Below are positions 1 to 11,900 of a DNA stretch of 33,304 nt, piece after piece. Each line of letters opens with the position of its first letter. Position 1 is the stretch's first letter. Source of the DNA: Octopus sinensis (lineage: Eukaryota); contig NW_021832092.1 of NCBI RefSeq assembly GCF_006345805.1, positions 1 through 33,304 on the forward strand, in the 5' to 3' direction. Below the pieces are notes generated by a model. It worked only from the letters and a program-made list of their open reading frames with translations, ran no database searches and was not told the origin of the DNA. The position numbers were made by a program, and so were the translations under genes.

Positions 1-39
1 GACATTAATTGCTTGCAGATCCTCATTATATAAAATGTA

Positions 40-124
40 TCTAGACGCATGTAGACACAATGCATGCACATATATGTATGCGTGACGTGTGTGTCTGTCT
101 ATGTGTGTGTGATATATACATACA

Positions 125-157
<33 letters not shown>

Positions 158-265
158 GTTATATATATATATATTATATATATAATATATATATAAATAC
201 ATGTGTTCATATATACTTTCAAATATACAAGCATACACACATGTATGTATGTATTCTTGTATGTT

Positions 266-301
<36 letters not shown>

Positions 302-381
302 TAGATAGATAGATGATAGAGAGAGAGAGAGAGAGAGCGGGATGGAGAGAGTAAGAGCTTGCTAGGCAGACAGACAGACAA

Positions 382-451
<70 letters not shown>

Positions 452-545
452 CGATCGATAGATAGATTGACCAATTGAATGATAAATTGATAGATTGATT
501 GAATGATAGATAAACTTATTGAATGATAGATAGATAGATTGAATA
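40..545. repeat. Compound microsatellite (TG)n/(TACA)n/(TA)n/(GA)n/(GATA)n
   Basis: Directly visible tandem di- and tetranucleotide runs; the ORFs here are repeat translations. Confidence 0.95.
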
Positions 546-778
546 ATAGATAGACGAATTAAAATCATATCCACAAAACATGTTAAAATGCTAAAAGCCC
601 AGTTGTAGTTATCATTACATGTAAGGGAATAAAGAGTGCAGCATTAAAAGAAGGCGTTACAGCATTAGTGTGACTTTTAAATTTATAACAATAAATATAC
701 CTCTTAAAAAATCTGTCATAAGTCACCGGAAAAATTAAACAGGAATCATACCTATAAATGTAACAATTGAGGAGACGC

Positions 779-927
779 ATTCTATAGGGCTGTCATCAAG
801 GAAGTCTGAAGTGGTCGAACTAAATCAGCGCTGCATATCATAAATATAACATTTAAGGGGATCGATTCTATAGAGCCATTATCAAGAAACTCTGAATTGA
901 CCGAACTAAACCAGCGCACTGCATATC
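779..927. repeat. Two-copy diverged direct repeat, period 86 bp
   Basis: attctatagggctgtcatcaaggaagtctgaagtggtcgaactaaatcagcgc-tgcatatc at 779 versus attctatagagccattatcaagaaactctgaattgaccgaactaaaccagcgcactgcatatc at 865. Confidence 0.8.
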
Positions 928-1005
928 TATTAAAAACCTAGCCAGGATTTATCTAGACGTAAAAGACCTTTCACTCAAAATGATACACAGCAGCTATCAT
1001 AGTTT

Positions 1006-1120
1006 TTAACCCTTTTGATAACAACTCTCTGGGGACCACTCCCGGTTCTCGGGTATAAAGTGAAAATAATAAAAGTCATTCAAAATTTCGTGTAAATTTG
1101 TCCCAAACAACTTAATAATA
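1006..1120 (+). mobile_element. Possible piggyBac-like MITE left end (TTAA-CCC)
   Basis: ttaacccttttgata at 1006 has the TTAA+CCC terminus typical of piggyBac-derived MITEs. No matching right end was found, and the sequence is interrupted by the SINE at 1121. Confidence 0.3.
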
Positions 1121-1261
1121 TTCTTTCAGTCATTGATCTGCGGCCATGCTGGGGTTTTGTCTTAAAAGGTATTAGCCGAACGAATCAACCCCAGTACTTA
1201 TTTTTTATAATCTTGATATGTATTCTGTCGAAATCTTATGCTACATTACGTTAACGTAAAT

Positions 1262-1339
<78 letters not shown>

Positions 1340-1505
1340 CATACATACATACGATAGGTCTTTTTTTCAGTTTTCGTCTACCAAATTCACTCACAAGGCT
1401 TTGGTCAGCCCCGCAGCTATAATAGAAAACTCATACCTCGTACCCAAGATACCACGCGGTAAGACTGAACTCGGAACAATGTGTTTGGGAAGTCGACTAC
1501 TCGTA
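1121..1505 (-). mobile_element. tRNA-derived SINE, family A, with internal (CA)n
   Basis: Reverse complement matches the copies at 5290 and 11204 (cagttttcgtctaccaaattcactcacaaggctttggtc; gactgaactcggaac). The tail contains tttcagtcattgatctgcggccatgctgg. Confidence 0.85.
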
Positions 1506-2099
1506 ACTAATGTGACATGGTCCTTGTAAGCCATTTGAAACATGACAACTCTTTCGGCCGCCACAGCAAAAGACAAAATTTCACAGAAGCACGCCGTTCC
1601 TTCGTTTCAGCCATCGACGATGCCGGTCGGCATACTGATGTTAACCATCTGCTGATTATTGAACTGTTCGGATCTTCTTATAATCGAGCTGTTCATATTT
1701 AATTTGTCTGGTTTGTAGGTTAATATCATAACTAAGTGAAATGTTACCCATTGGGACAGAAGAAATATGAATTGAACCTATGGCCAGACATGTCGTTATT
1801 ATCAGATTCGTGTTAAATTATGGATGAAATGATATGAGTTATTGAGAAAGTTGATGATGGGAATGGTTATTAACACGCTGTTGGGACTCACGCAGGCAAT
1901 TATAGCTTCTTATAGATCATTTAATTTCGGTTGTACCAGCCAAAGCACTCTTAAATGAAACTTTACCGTATTATGTCACAAAATTATTAACTGATAAAGG
2001 CTGATAAATTATAACACAGAGTGGTCCTGTCCAAAATGCTTTTCTAGCATAGGTCTATTTTACCAGAACTCACCTGGAGCAAAACTACGTCAATGAAAA

Positions 2100-2658
2100 G
2101 AGGGGCAGCAGCAGTAGTCATGGCAACAGCAATAACAACTGCTGCAGCAGTAGCGGCAAAAGGAACAACAACGGGAACAAACAAACAAAAACAAAAACAT
2201 GACAATCAATAGCAACATCAAAAGCAATAACAACATCAAAAGCAGCTGTATGCATGTGTATGTGTGTATGCAAATGCTTATGTGTGAGTGTGTGAGTGTG
2301 TGCGTGTATGTGTGTATGTGTGTGTGTTAGTGTGTTGTTATAAATTGCATTTTGAAATGTCGATAATTTGAAAATGTATGTTTTAGCAATTTTCGAATTA
2401 TTCAATGAAGCAAATACAACCGAAAAACAGAAGTTTTTTTTTCTCTTCTGGTTCGGTGGTATCTCTGCTATTCATACGATTGACGACGTATGGTTCGATT
2501 CTGCAGGGAGACATTATCCAGAGCGTTTTGTGATATTTTATGAATCTTTAATTATAGCCGCATTTGCAGTGTTAGATACTTCGTGAAAAGACATCATGAA
2601 AAGACTTATCATATGAGTGTGTGTATGTGTTGCGTGTGTGTGTATGTATTGTGGCCTC

Positions 2659-2722
<64 letters not shown>

Positions 2723-3050
2723 CACGCACGCATCGCACACATACACACTCATATATACAGAGGCACACAGACTCATATAAATATATATTTGTGTGTATGC
2801 GTGTGTGTGTGTATGCGTGTGTGTGTGTATGCGTGTGTGTGTGTATGCACACATATATATTTATATATAGAATCATATCTATATATCTTCAGATATGTAT
2901 GTGTGTGTATTGATACGTATATATAATATAGTCAATTGAAAAAAAAACGTTTTGACGTGGCGCTATGCACACACACACACACATACACACACACACACAG
3001 ACACACATATACATATAGATTTATATATATACATACATTATATATATGGA
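2100..3050. repeat. Microsatellite clusters (CAG/CAA)n, (TG)n, (TA)n, (CA)n
   Basis: Visible tandem runs at about 2100-2340 and 2610-3050, separated by short unique sequence. Confidence 0.9.
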
Positions 3051-3235
3051 CATATTTATGCACAGAGGCGGACGTACACCCAAACAGAAGCATCCACCCA
3101 CTTTCACACATTAGAATCATACATGAACATTCCACACACAAGAACAGCGAAGGCCAATATACTGTATCTATTTGTATTACGAACATTCAATAACGTGCGC
3201 TCATCTATAGATATTCCATAACGACAGTAATTTCC

Positions 3236-3545
3236 CCCCTCGTCCACCACCAACCACCACCACCACCGCTGCCACCGTCGCCACCACCACCATCACCACC
3301 ACCACCACCACAACCACTACCACCACTACCACCACCACCACCACCGCCGTCGCCGTCGCCACTGCCGCCGCCATCGCCGCTGCCGCCACCACCGTTGCCA
3401 TTGTCGCAACCGGCTGTTACCAAAACAACAACAAAAACAATGGACATCAAATATACTCTCACACATCCACCAGCACCGCCACAACCACCACTGCCGCTGC
3501 CGCCGCCATCGCCGCAGTCGCCGCCGCCGCCACCACCGGTAATGC
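3236..3545. repeat. Compound (CCA)n/(CCG)n trinucleotide array
   Basis: Visible tandem runs; this is the source of the poly-Gly/Val/Pro ORFs. Confidence 0.9.
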
Positions 3546-3691
3546 CTCTGACCATAAAACTGTGTTCCACCACCCAGGGTTCAAAATGCTTTTGATCTTC
3601 TAGAAACGGAACGATTGTTCCATAGTCGGGGTTAGTTTGACACAGGGATGCTGGAATGTGACTGTAGGGATTTCGTGGTCGTTACAGAACC

Positions 3692-3736
3692 GGGGCGGAA
3701 ATGTTTCCATTGTCACGTGACTGTCTGACTGCGCAT
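3692..3736. promoter_or_regulatory. Candidate cis-regulatory motif cluster (GC box, ETS-like, palindromic E-box)
   Basis: ggggcggaaat at 3692, gtcacgtgac at 3712-3721 and tgcgcat at about 3729, within a short non-repetitive island. Motif matches only. Confidence 0.2.
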
Positions 3737-3799
3737 ATTCATATGTCCGTGCGTACTTCCTTTGCTCGTATAATGGTATATATGCTTTTGTGTGCCTGT

Positions 3800-3833
3800 C
3801 TACCTATATTCGTGAGTATGTGTATGTGTTTGT

Positions 3834-3901
<68 letters not shown>

Positions 3902-4320
3902 CATATATTGCTCCATCTGTCAATAGATTTCTGTTACGGATATTATTTTTCCATTCTAAGAAATATCCCAAAGATATGTTCATATGTATCATATTTATGC
4001 GTACGATGTGTGTGCGTGTACGTGTGTGTGTACGTGTGTACGTATATTTGTGTGTGTGTGTGTGTGTATATACATGTACGTATACATGTATGTATATGTA
4101 ATATATATATATATATAATATATATAGATATATATATAATATAATATGTATATATATATATATGCATTTATGCACGTACATTGCTCATATATGTGTCAAT
4201 GTATTGGTGAATATACACCAATGTTTGTATCTGTATGTATATATGATTATATACATACACACAACACACGCACTCACATATATATCCCTATATACGCAAA
4301 TACATATATACATATATAAT
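3800..4320. repeat. Compound (CA)n/(TG)n/(TA)n microsatellites
   Basis: Visible tandem runs. Confidence 0.9.
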
Positions 4321-5014
4321 GCCGCGTAACACTTCTTTTTGGCGGAGTGGTAGTGTTTATCTCGTGGGTAGGGTAGGTTAAGGGTAGGTTCGTTCATTCA
4401 CTATGTTTAAGATATTGTATTTCGTTTTCTCTTCCTGTTATTGAGATATCATAAATAACTTTTGCTAGAACCCACTGCATCGATGTTTCTAGATTATGTG
4501 AACTTCCCTAACAGCGTTTATATTATCTATGTGCATTTTGCTTTCATGTTTTTCCCCTCTAATCTTGGTTTCTATTCGATATAGTAACGAATACAGCGAT
4601 TGGTAAAAATGACATCAATTGAAAAGTTTGAGGACATTCGTGCTGTTGCCTTTTTGTCATTGAGTAATAAGCATATTAGTATTCTCTGTCAAACTAGCAC
4701 CACACTTTCCCGAAGGCTAACTATGCATATACATCAAAGCAAAATTGTGATGCATTATTTCGCGCATATCTCGTAGCAAACATAAACTCAATGTAAATAT
4801 GTACGTATAAGGGACATCATTTATGTATACAGTTCTCACAAGCAACTACACATAGCCATGAATATAATGCTTATACCGCAATTCCTTGATACACGCGACT
4901 CTCAATTTCCAGTGTGTACGTTCAACTCTCCTATTTAAACCGTATTCATTTTTTCGCCTTTTATAAACTTATAATCGGAAGTATATGGATTCTTTTAACG
5001 CACAAAGCGAGATG

Positions 5015-5260
5015 TATACGTGTATGTGTGTGTGTGTGTGTGAATGCCTGTGTGTGCAAGTGTGCGAATGCATATATATATGTACATGTGTATGTATGCA
5101 TGCATGTATGTATGTACGTATGTATGTATGTATGTATGCATGTATGTATGTATGTACGTATGTATGTATGCATGTATGTATACATGTATGTGTGTGTCTG
5201 TATGTATATATATATGTGCGTATATATATATATATACATATATATGTATGTATGTCGCTT
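5015..5260. repeat. (TG)n/(TATG)n microsatellite
   Basis: Visible tandem runs. Confidence 0.9.
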
Positions 5261-5289
5261 TTGCTAAATATTAATGAGAATGTACATGT

Positions 5290-5453
5290 AGGTGTGGTCA
5301 TGGTTGTGTGTTAAGAAACTTTGCTTCCAAACCACATTGTTCCAGGTTCAGTCCCACTGCGTGACACCTTGGGCAAATGTCTTCTGAAATAGTCTCGAGC
5401 CGACCAAAGCCTTCTAAGTGGATTTGGTTGACAGAAGCTGAAAGAAGCTTATC

Positions 5454-5485
<32 letters not shown>

Positions 5486-5680
5486 TTATGTGTGAGTATG
5501 TGTGTGGTGTGTGTGTTTATGTGTGAGTATGTGTGTGTGTGTGTGTGTAGTGTGTGTGTGTGTGTTTATTCTGTATATGTTTGTCCTCATTCACCGCTTC
5601 ACACCGGTGATGTTGTGTCTCCGCTCCTGTAACTTAGCGGTTCGGCAAAAAATAAAATAAGCACCAAGCTTAAAAAATAT
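5290..5680 (+). mobile_element. tRNA-derived SINE, family A, with internal (TG)n
   Basis: Head has a B-box-like ggttcagtcccactgcgtgacaccttgggcaa and the post-microsatellite segment gtaacttagcggttcggcaaaa. Homologous to the 11204 copy; 3' end truncated. Confidence 0.85.
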
Positions 5681-5869
5681 TGCGTGTTTGTGTGTGTGCG
5701 TATGTGTGTCTGTGTCTGTGAGGGATTGATAGGTGTAGCGATAGATTGTTCGGTAGGTAGACAGAAGGAGAGATAGTTTACCCTACATGTTGCGTGTGAC
5801 CTGGAGTGAGCCTTGTTGTTGGGAGTTGTAGCTTATTTAGTTAGCACTTTAGAACTGAGGGTTCTTCAT

Positions 5870-6290
5870 AAAACTTTATTCAATTCATATTTCCCGCTCT
5901 TTCACTTAAAATATTCTCGAAGCAGTAGACGTGTTTCCACGCATCCAGCCCAATACAGTACTTCAGGCTAGAACCTTACTTCCAGGTTAACAGCAACCTT
6001 CCCCCTTGCTAGTATGTAGGTGGAGAAATCCTTATCACAGTGTTGGTGTTGTTGAAACAGCGTTGGGTGGTGTGGCTTTGTGCAGATATTCCTTCACCCT
6101 AAGGTGGTGTCTCCTAGTCGATCCTAAGTATGCCACGCCGCAGGAGCACGTCATCATGTACGCCACATTGGATTCAAAACATACCCTAGCGCTGTCCGTT
6201 GGTTGGGTTGTTTGGTTTGGATATTAGCTTAGGCAGTATGCGTCCAGTGTGTTGTTGGCGTGTACGAGGTAGTTATATTTCATGAGGGTT
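5870..6290 (-). mobile_element. Penelope-like element 2, degraded 3' fragment (GIY-YIG plus terminal repeat)
   Basis: The minus strand translates to ...VCFESNVAYMMTCSCGVAYLGSTRRHHLRVKEYLHKA, a PLE-type GIY-YIG (VY..C.C...YIG.T.R) with a stop and frameshift. It is followed by a hammerhead-like motif and AATAAA (complement at 5875-5880). Confidence 0.75.
5922..5971 (-). ncRNA. Degenerate minimal hammerhead-like motif in PLE 2 terminal repeat
   Basis: Minus strand reads CTAGC-CTGAAGT-AC-TGTAT-TGGGCTGG-ATGCG-TG-GAAAC-AC-GTC. A9 is replaced by T, stem II pairs only via wobbles consistent with C>T decay of CGCAT, and stem I is poorly paired. Confidence 0.35.
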
Positions 6291-6745
6291 ATCTGCAGTT
6301 TAAAATATACAGTTATATAAATTTAGAATTCATTCTCATGCGCAGAGCAGGTGGTATTTTAATCTATTTTTATCTAAACACGTGATTCATTCACCAAAGG
6401 AATTGACTCTGTGTTGATGAATGGATTAATGTTTTTGGAATATTTGACGATGCTTCAAGCTACGGAAAATATTTTGTAGACTAAATAAGTGTTATTCAGT
6501 TGGTAATTTGAAACTCTTCAATGAATAACAACGAAATTGTCTTCGAGAATTCAGCATTCCAATCTCTCTTTTATTTGTTCATTTAATTGCAAAGTTTGTA
6601 GAAGACTGTTTTACTTCTCTGAGAGACATAATTCGCATCTTCCGGCATTTTGATGTAGGCGAGTCTTTCAAGAAGAAAATTGTTGGGAACAAAATAGAAA
6701 TCTGAGGCACGTCAGAATTAATAAAATGCGAGATAGAAAAAGCAC

Positions 6746-6853
6746 TATTTACATTATTTACATTTGGAGGATATTTGTCCTCATCTTGTTTGTTGTTAAC
6801 ACAACGTTTCGGCTGATATACCCTCCAGCCCCCATCAGGTATCCTGGGGAAAT
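6746..6853 (-). mobile_element. Inverted terminal-repeat (pLTR) segment at the 5' end of Penelope-like element 1
   Basis: The minus strand carries a hammerhead motif and ends in (aatgtaaat)2. It abuts the plus-strand RT frame at about 6854. 5' inverted pLTRs are an established Penelope feature. Confidence 0.65.
6799..6842 (-). ncRNA. Minimal type I hammerhead ribozyme, A9>G variant
   Basis: Minus strand reads ATAC-CTGATGG-G-GGCTG-GAGGGTATAT-CAGCC-GAAAC-GTT-GTGT. Stem I is ATAC/GTGT, stem II is GGCTG/CAGCC, stem III is the palindrome AACGTT and the cleavage triplet is GUU. Confidence 0.7.
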
Positions 6854-8244
6854 GAAGTACAGACAACTGACTCAACACTACAGTAAACTACTACACATGT
6901 ACGATCTCCCTACGATTCACAAGGATCGTATTCTATTAACACATATAGAATGCTGTAGAAGTTCAGCATGTCATCCTGTGAGCCGCCTCCTTGTGGATAT
7001 AATCAGTCCATTAGTAGGATAGTCAACATCGTACGTGAAGAATTCCAACCACATCAGAGAATGGATCAAACACACCCCCATTGAATCCAACCTGATGGTG
7101 AGTTTAGATGTGATAAGTCTGTTAGCCAAAGTCCCAACTGGTGAAGCACTATCGGTGATTCAAGAAAAACTAGTGATAGACACCCATCTAAAAGAACGCA
7201 CTAGTATACCAATAAGATACTTGATGGAAATGTTGACCTTCTGTGTAGAACCTACCTACTTCAGTATGGACATTGATATATATATCGACAAGATGAGGGT
7301 TTAGCTATAGGTTCGCCATTATCACCGATAATAGCCAATATATACATGGAATACTTTGAGAATTTGGCTTTAGGATCAACACCACTAAAACCAACCCTAT
7401 GACTGCGATATGTTGATGACACTTTTATACTTTGGCTCCACCAGGAAGATGTCCGAGTGCTGTTAGATCATGTGAACTCAATAAAGCCATCGATACAGTT
7501 CACAATGGAAAAGGAAAAAGACAATCAGCTAGCATTCACTGGACGATACCTAAACTTCAGTTCCCACCATCCATACAGTGTAAAGAGAGGGATTGCTCAG
7601 TGCCTAAAACATCGTGCAAAGAATATAAGTACTGATCGTGATACACACCACGAAGAAATGATCAAGCTCAATAACAATCTATTAAGCAACAACTACCCCC
7701 AAAACATACTATCCACTCCAATTATGAAGAAAAGAAAGGATGAAACCAATAAAATGTCCACAGTCTGTCTACCCTATGTGAAAGGTTTCTCTGTAAGATA
7801 CAAAAGATATGCGGCCCAGATGACATCAGGACAGTATTCAAGAGTAATACAACACTTCGCAAATATCTCCTTCGAGTAAATCCACCAATAGAAGAGAATA
7901 TGATCAAAAACTGCGGGTACTCCATCCCATGCAGCTGTGGTCGGTCATACAAAGGCGAAACATGCCGCCCTCTCAAAATAAGGGTAGAGGAACATCGCGA
8001 CGCTATGACACGAGGAGATATTGATAAATCGAGTATAGCTGATCATGTATGGAAACATGAAGACCACCTCCCCCTGTGGGATGAAATTAAAATAATAGAG
8101 AGAGAACACCACAGGAAAATACGAAAACTAAATGAAGCAGCACATATGTTAGGATACAACAACCTTCTAAGCAGACCGAGAGCAGAAATGAATAGCATAT
8201 GGGAACTGGCATTAAGGAAGGATAGGAGAATATTAGATTTATAA
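6854..8244 (+). pseudogene. Penelope-like element 1: reverse transcriptase plus GIY-YIG endonuclease, 5'-truncated and inactivated
   Basis: Motifs found: LPTIHK; STSYVKNSNH; LMVSLDVISL (motif A); GLAIGSPLSPIIANIYME (motif B); RYVDDTF (YVDD at 7409-7420); YLNFSSHHP; CLPYVKG; and GYSIPCSCGRSYKGETCRPLKIRVEEH (GIY-YIG). There are several stops, frameshifts and an internal deletion near 7540. Confidence 0.93.
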
Positions 8245-8272
8245 GCTCTAAAATTCACTCCATACCTGTCCA

Positions 8273-8328
8273 CAGGCATATGGCGTAGTGGTTAAGAGTG
8301 CGGGCTACTAACCCCAAGATTCCGAGTT
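8273..8328 (+). other. tRNA-like Pol III head immediately after the PLE 1 ORF, truncated in the B box
   Basis: A box TGGCGTAGTGG at 8281, a 7-nt anticodon-like loop CT-ACT-AA closed by GGG/CCC, and ccgagtt breaking off at about 8328. Confidence 0.65.
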
Positions 8329-8339
8329 TGGTAGTTCAA

Positions 8340-8700
8340 GGATTTATGAGAGCGATAGAAAGGTCAGAAATGCTTGGGTGGGGTGAAGGGGAAGACTATT
8401 TAGCCAGATAACTAGGGATCATTATCGTTAATATCCAGGTGAAAGTAACAAGAAGTGTAAAGCTTACATTTACAGACAGTACTTTAGGAGTGACGTTTGA
8501 CAAAAATGTGCAACCTGGACAATAGATAGGATTTGGCAATAGGGAGGCAAGAATTGCGTTATTTATGCCTCTAGGACGAATAAAATAGATCTGTGCATTT
8601 TTAAGTGGTGATGAATGCCACCTAAGTTGGAGCAAAGTCCTTGAACATTGGGAAAAGATGACAAAAAATTGTCCAGACGGTCTAGTTGGGTTATTGCAAT
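8340..8700 (-). mobile_element. Probable highly degraded APE-endonuclease fragment of a CR1/L2-type LINE
   Basis: The minus strand gives SFPNVQGLCSNLGGIHHHLKMHRSILFVLE, similar to the N-terminal N.RGL.S motif of LINE AP endonucleases. Many stops; recognised by eye only. Confidence 0.4.
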
Positions 8701-9081
8701 TTTGAAAAAAAAACATCATAATGATGGTTTATTGATAGTTCACAGCAGCCTTTTGCAGAGGCATTGATCTAATGATTAGAACATGGCGAACTCTGGTATA
8801 GATACCCAGGGGCAAGGTGGTGGTGACTAATCGGCCAGAGTGATGAGTCTATCACCCACGTATATATATACACATGCGTATGCACTTACACATATATGAA
8901 AGTAAACATGAAAGAATTAGAAAATTATAAATGCAAATATAAATATATACATACAATACACTCACACTCACACACCCTCCACACGCATATTATATATTTT
9001 GGTATATGCTTAAAGTATATGCATGTGTGTGTATATGTGTGTGTTGGTGTGTGTGTGTGTGTATGTATGTATATTTTTTTT

Positions 9082-9130
9082 ATTCTTTTACTTGTTTCAG
9101 TCTTTTGACTGCGGCATGTTAGAGCACCGC

Positions 9131-9133
<3 letters not shown>
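9082..9133 (-). mobile_element. SINE family A 3' tail fragment
   Basis: cttttacttgtttcagtcttttgactgcggcatgttagagcaccgc is the reverse complement of the tail at about 11531-11580. Confidence 0.75.
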
Positions 9134-9220
<87 letters not shown>

Positions 9221-9599
9221 TATGTATGTGTGTGTGCATACATACATACACGCACAAACATATACGCACATACACACACACACACATATAGATAATCACA
9301 TATAGATAGCTACTTACATACATTATACGTATATGCATATTTATCTATGCATTACGTAACATCTAATTCTCTCGTTTTTCTCTCTTTATCCATTCATTTC
9401 CTTAAACGCATGAGCACATAGAACGGAGCAAAGGAAAAGCTACATCAGAAGAGAAAGTGAAGAAAAACGAGATACAATAGCAATCAAAGAGAATAACAAT
9501 AGAATAAATTACTCTCTTTTCATTTTTTACTTTACTTTCTATTCTATTTATTTGAAATTCTTCTTCCTGTTCCTTAAAAATGAATGCATAATCATTTTC

Positions 9600-10534
<935 letters not shown>

Positions 10535-10535
<1 letters not shown>

Positions 10536-11148
10536 ATTTCTAATTCCTTCGGTATGAGGCGAAACAGCTTGCTGCTAGCCAACTTATTTCTCTTTACTAT
10601 ATACTGAACCTTACAAAGGTCTTGACAATTATTTTGTCGTATTTACATACCGAAATTTACCGGTAAATAATTGTTGGTTACATGAAAAACCACAGGAAAA
10701 TTATTTACCATTTTTATTGTATTACCATGTGGATTCCTCATTCCATTACGATTACCCAGAAGGCGCGCATGGCAGAATTTTGGAGGGAAAATTTACGTTC
10801 CCAGTCGTTACTTGGTTTTAACATCTGCGCACTTCCCCCCACTATCTGATGTCGCTGGGTCAGAAGTGAGGGCTGGTGGAATTTGATAAAGCTAACGAAT
10901 ATAGCGCTGATGACGGAATTCAAACTCCCCTGTTTGTGATCCAGAAACACCGTGTTCGCTATTAACGGTAAGTGACTGAATTCGTGTATTTGCCACTCCG
11001 GTTTTGTGTATGTGAGCCGCAAGGGCCTTCGTTTTTGGAATCTCCACTTATAGAAATGGAAAAAACGGTCTTTGACTGCCATTTCTAATTCCTTCGGTAT
11101 GAGGCGAAGCAGCTTGCTGCTAGCCAACTTATTTCTCTTTACTATATA
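10535..11148 (+). mobile_element. Hammerhead-bearing 545-bp repeat unit, right arm (inverted, circularly permuted, about 1.13 units)
   Basis: catttctaattccttcggtatgaggcgaa occurs at 10535 and 11080 (period 545). The arm is the reverse complement of the left arm in a different register. Confidence 0.9.
10901..10962 (+). ncRNA. Type I hammerhead ribozyme, intact core (predicted cleavage 10956/10957)
   Basis: atagcg ctgatga c ggaattcaaac tcccct gtttgtgatcc a gaaac accgt gtt cgctat, identical to the minus-strand copy at 10246-10307. Confidence 0.85.
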
Positions 11149-11203
11149 TCTACATATATATATATTTACATACACACACTCTCGCGAGCCCACATTCACA
11201 CAT

Positions 11204-11591
11204 AGGCGCAGACGTAGCTGTGTGGTAAGAAGCTTATGTCCCAACCACATGGTTCCGGGTTTAATCTCACGGCGTAGTACCTTAGGCAAGCGTCTTCTAC
11301 TATAGCTTCGGGATGACTCAAGCCTTATGAATAGATTTGGTTCACACACACACACACATATGTGAATGTACGTATCTCTGTATGTGTGTGTGTCTCTTTG
11401 TGTCTGTGTTTGTCCCTCACCACCGTTTGAAAACCGATGTTGGTTTATCTACATTCCTGTAACTTTGTCGCTCGGCAAAAGTTACCGATAGAGTAAGAAC
11501 CAGGCTTTAAAAAATACCAAAACACTTCAAGGCGGTACTCTAGCATGACCGCAGTGAAATGGCTGAAACAAGTAAAAGATAAAAGATAAAA
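11204..11591 (+). mobile_element. tRNA-derived SINE, family A, near full length
   Basis: Head aggcgcagacgtagctgtgtggtaagaagctt...ggttccgggtttaatc, internal (CA/TG)n, and a tail ending gaaacaagtaaaagataaaagataaaa. Confidence 0.9.
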
Positions 11592-11623
<32 letters not shown>

Positions 11624-11658
11624 TACATACATACATACATACAACATACATACATACA

Positions 11659-11694
<36 letters not shown>

Positions 11695-11900
11695 TATACA
11701 TTATATGCCTTGCGGAACGTGTTCAAGCGCTTTACATTCTGGGTTCATAGTGCACCGTGGTCAACTTTACCTTTTATCCAATCCAGGTTCAATTAAAAAA
11801 AATACCAATCAAGTGCTGGGATCAATAGTATCGGCTGACATTTTGTCCTTCAAATCACTGACCTAATCATGTCATTCTTCTCGTTAATAATCTTTTAACT

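Noticed and set aside
4360-4395. G-rich gggtagggtaggttaagggtagg as a telomeric repeat or G-quadruplex
   Set aside because: Not TTAGGG, too short, and has only three GGG tracts.
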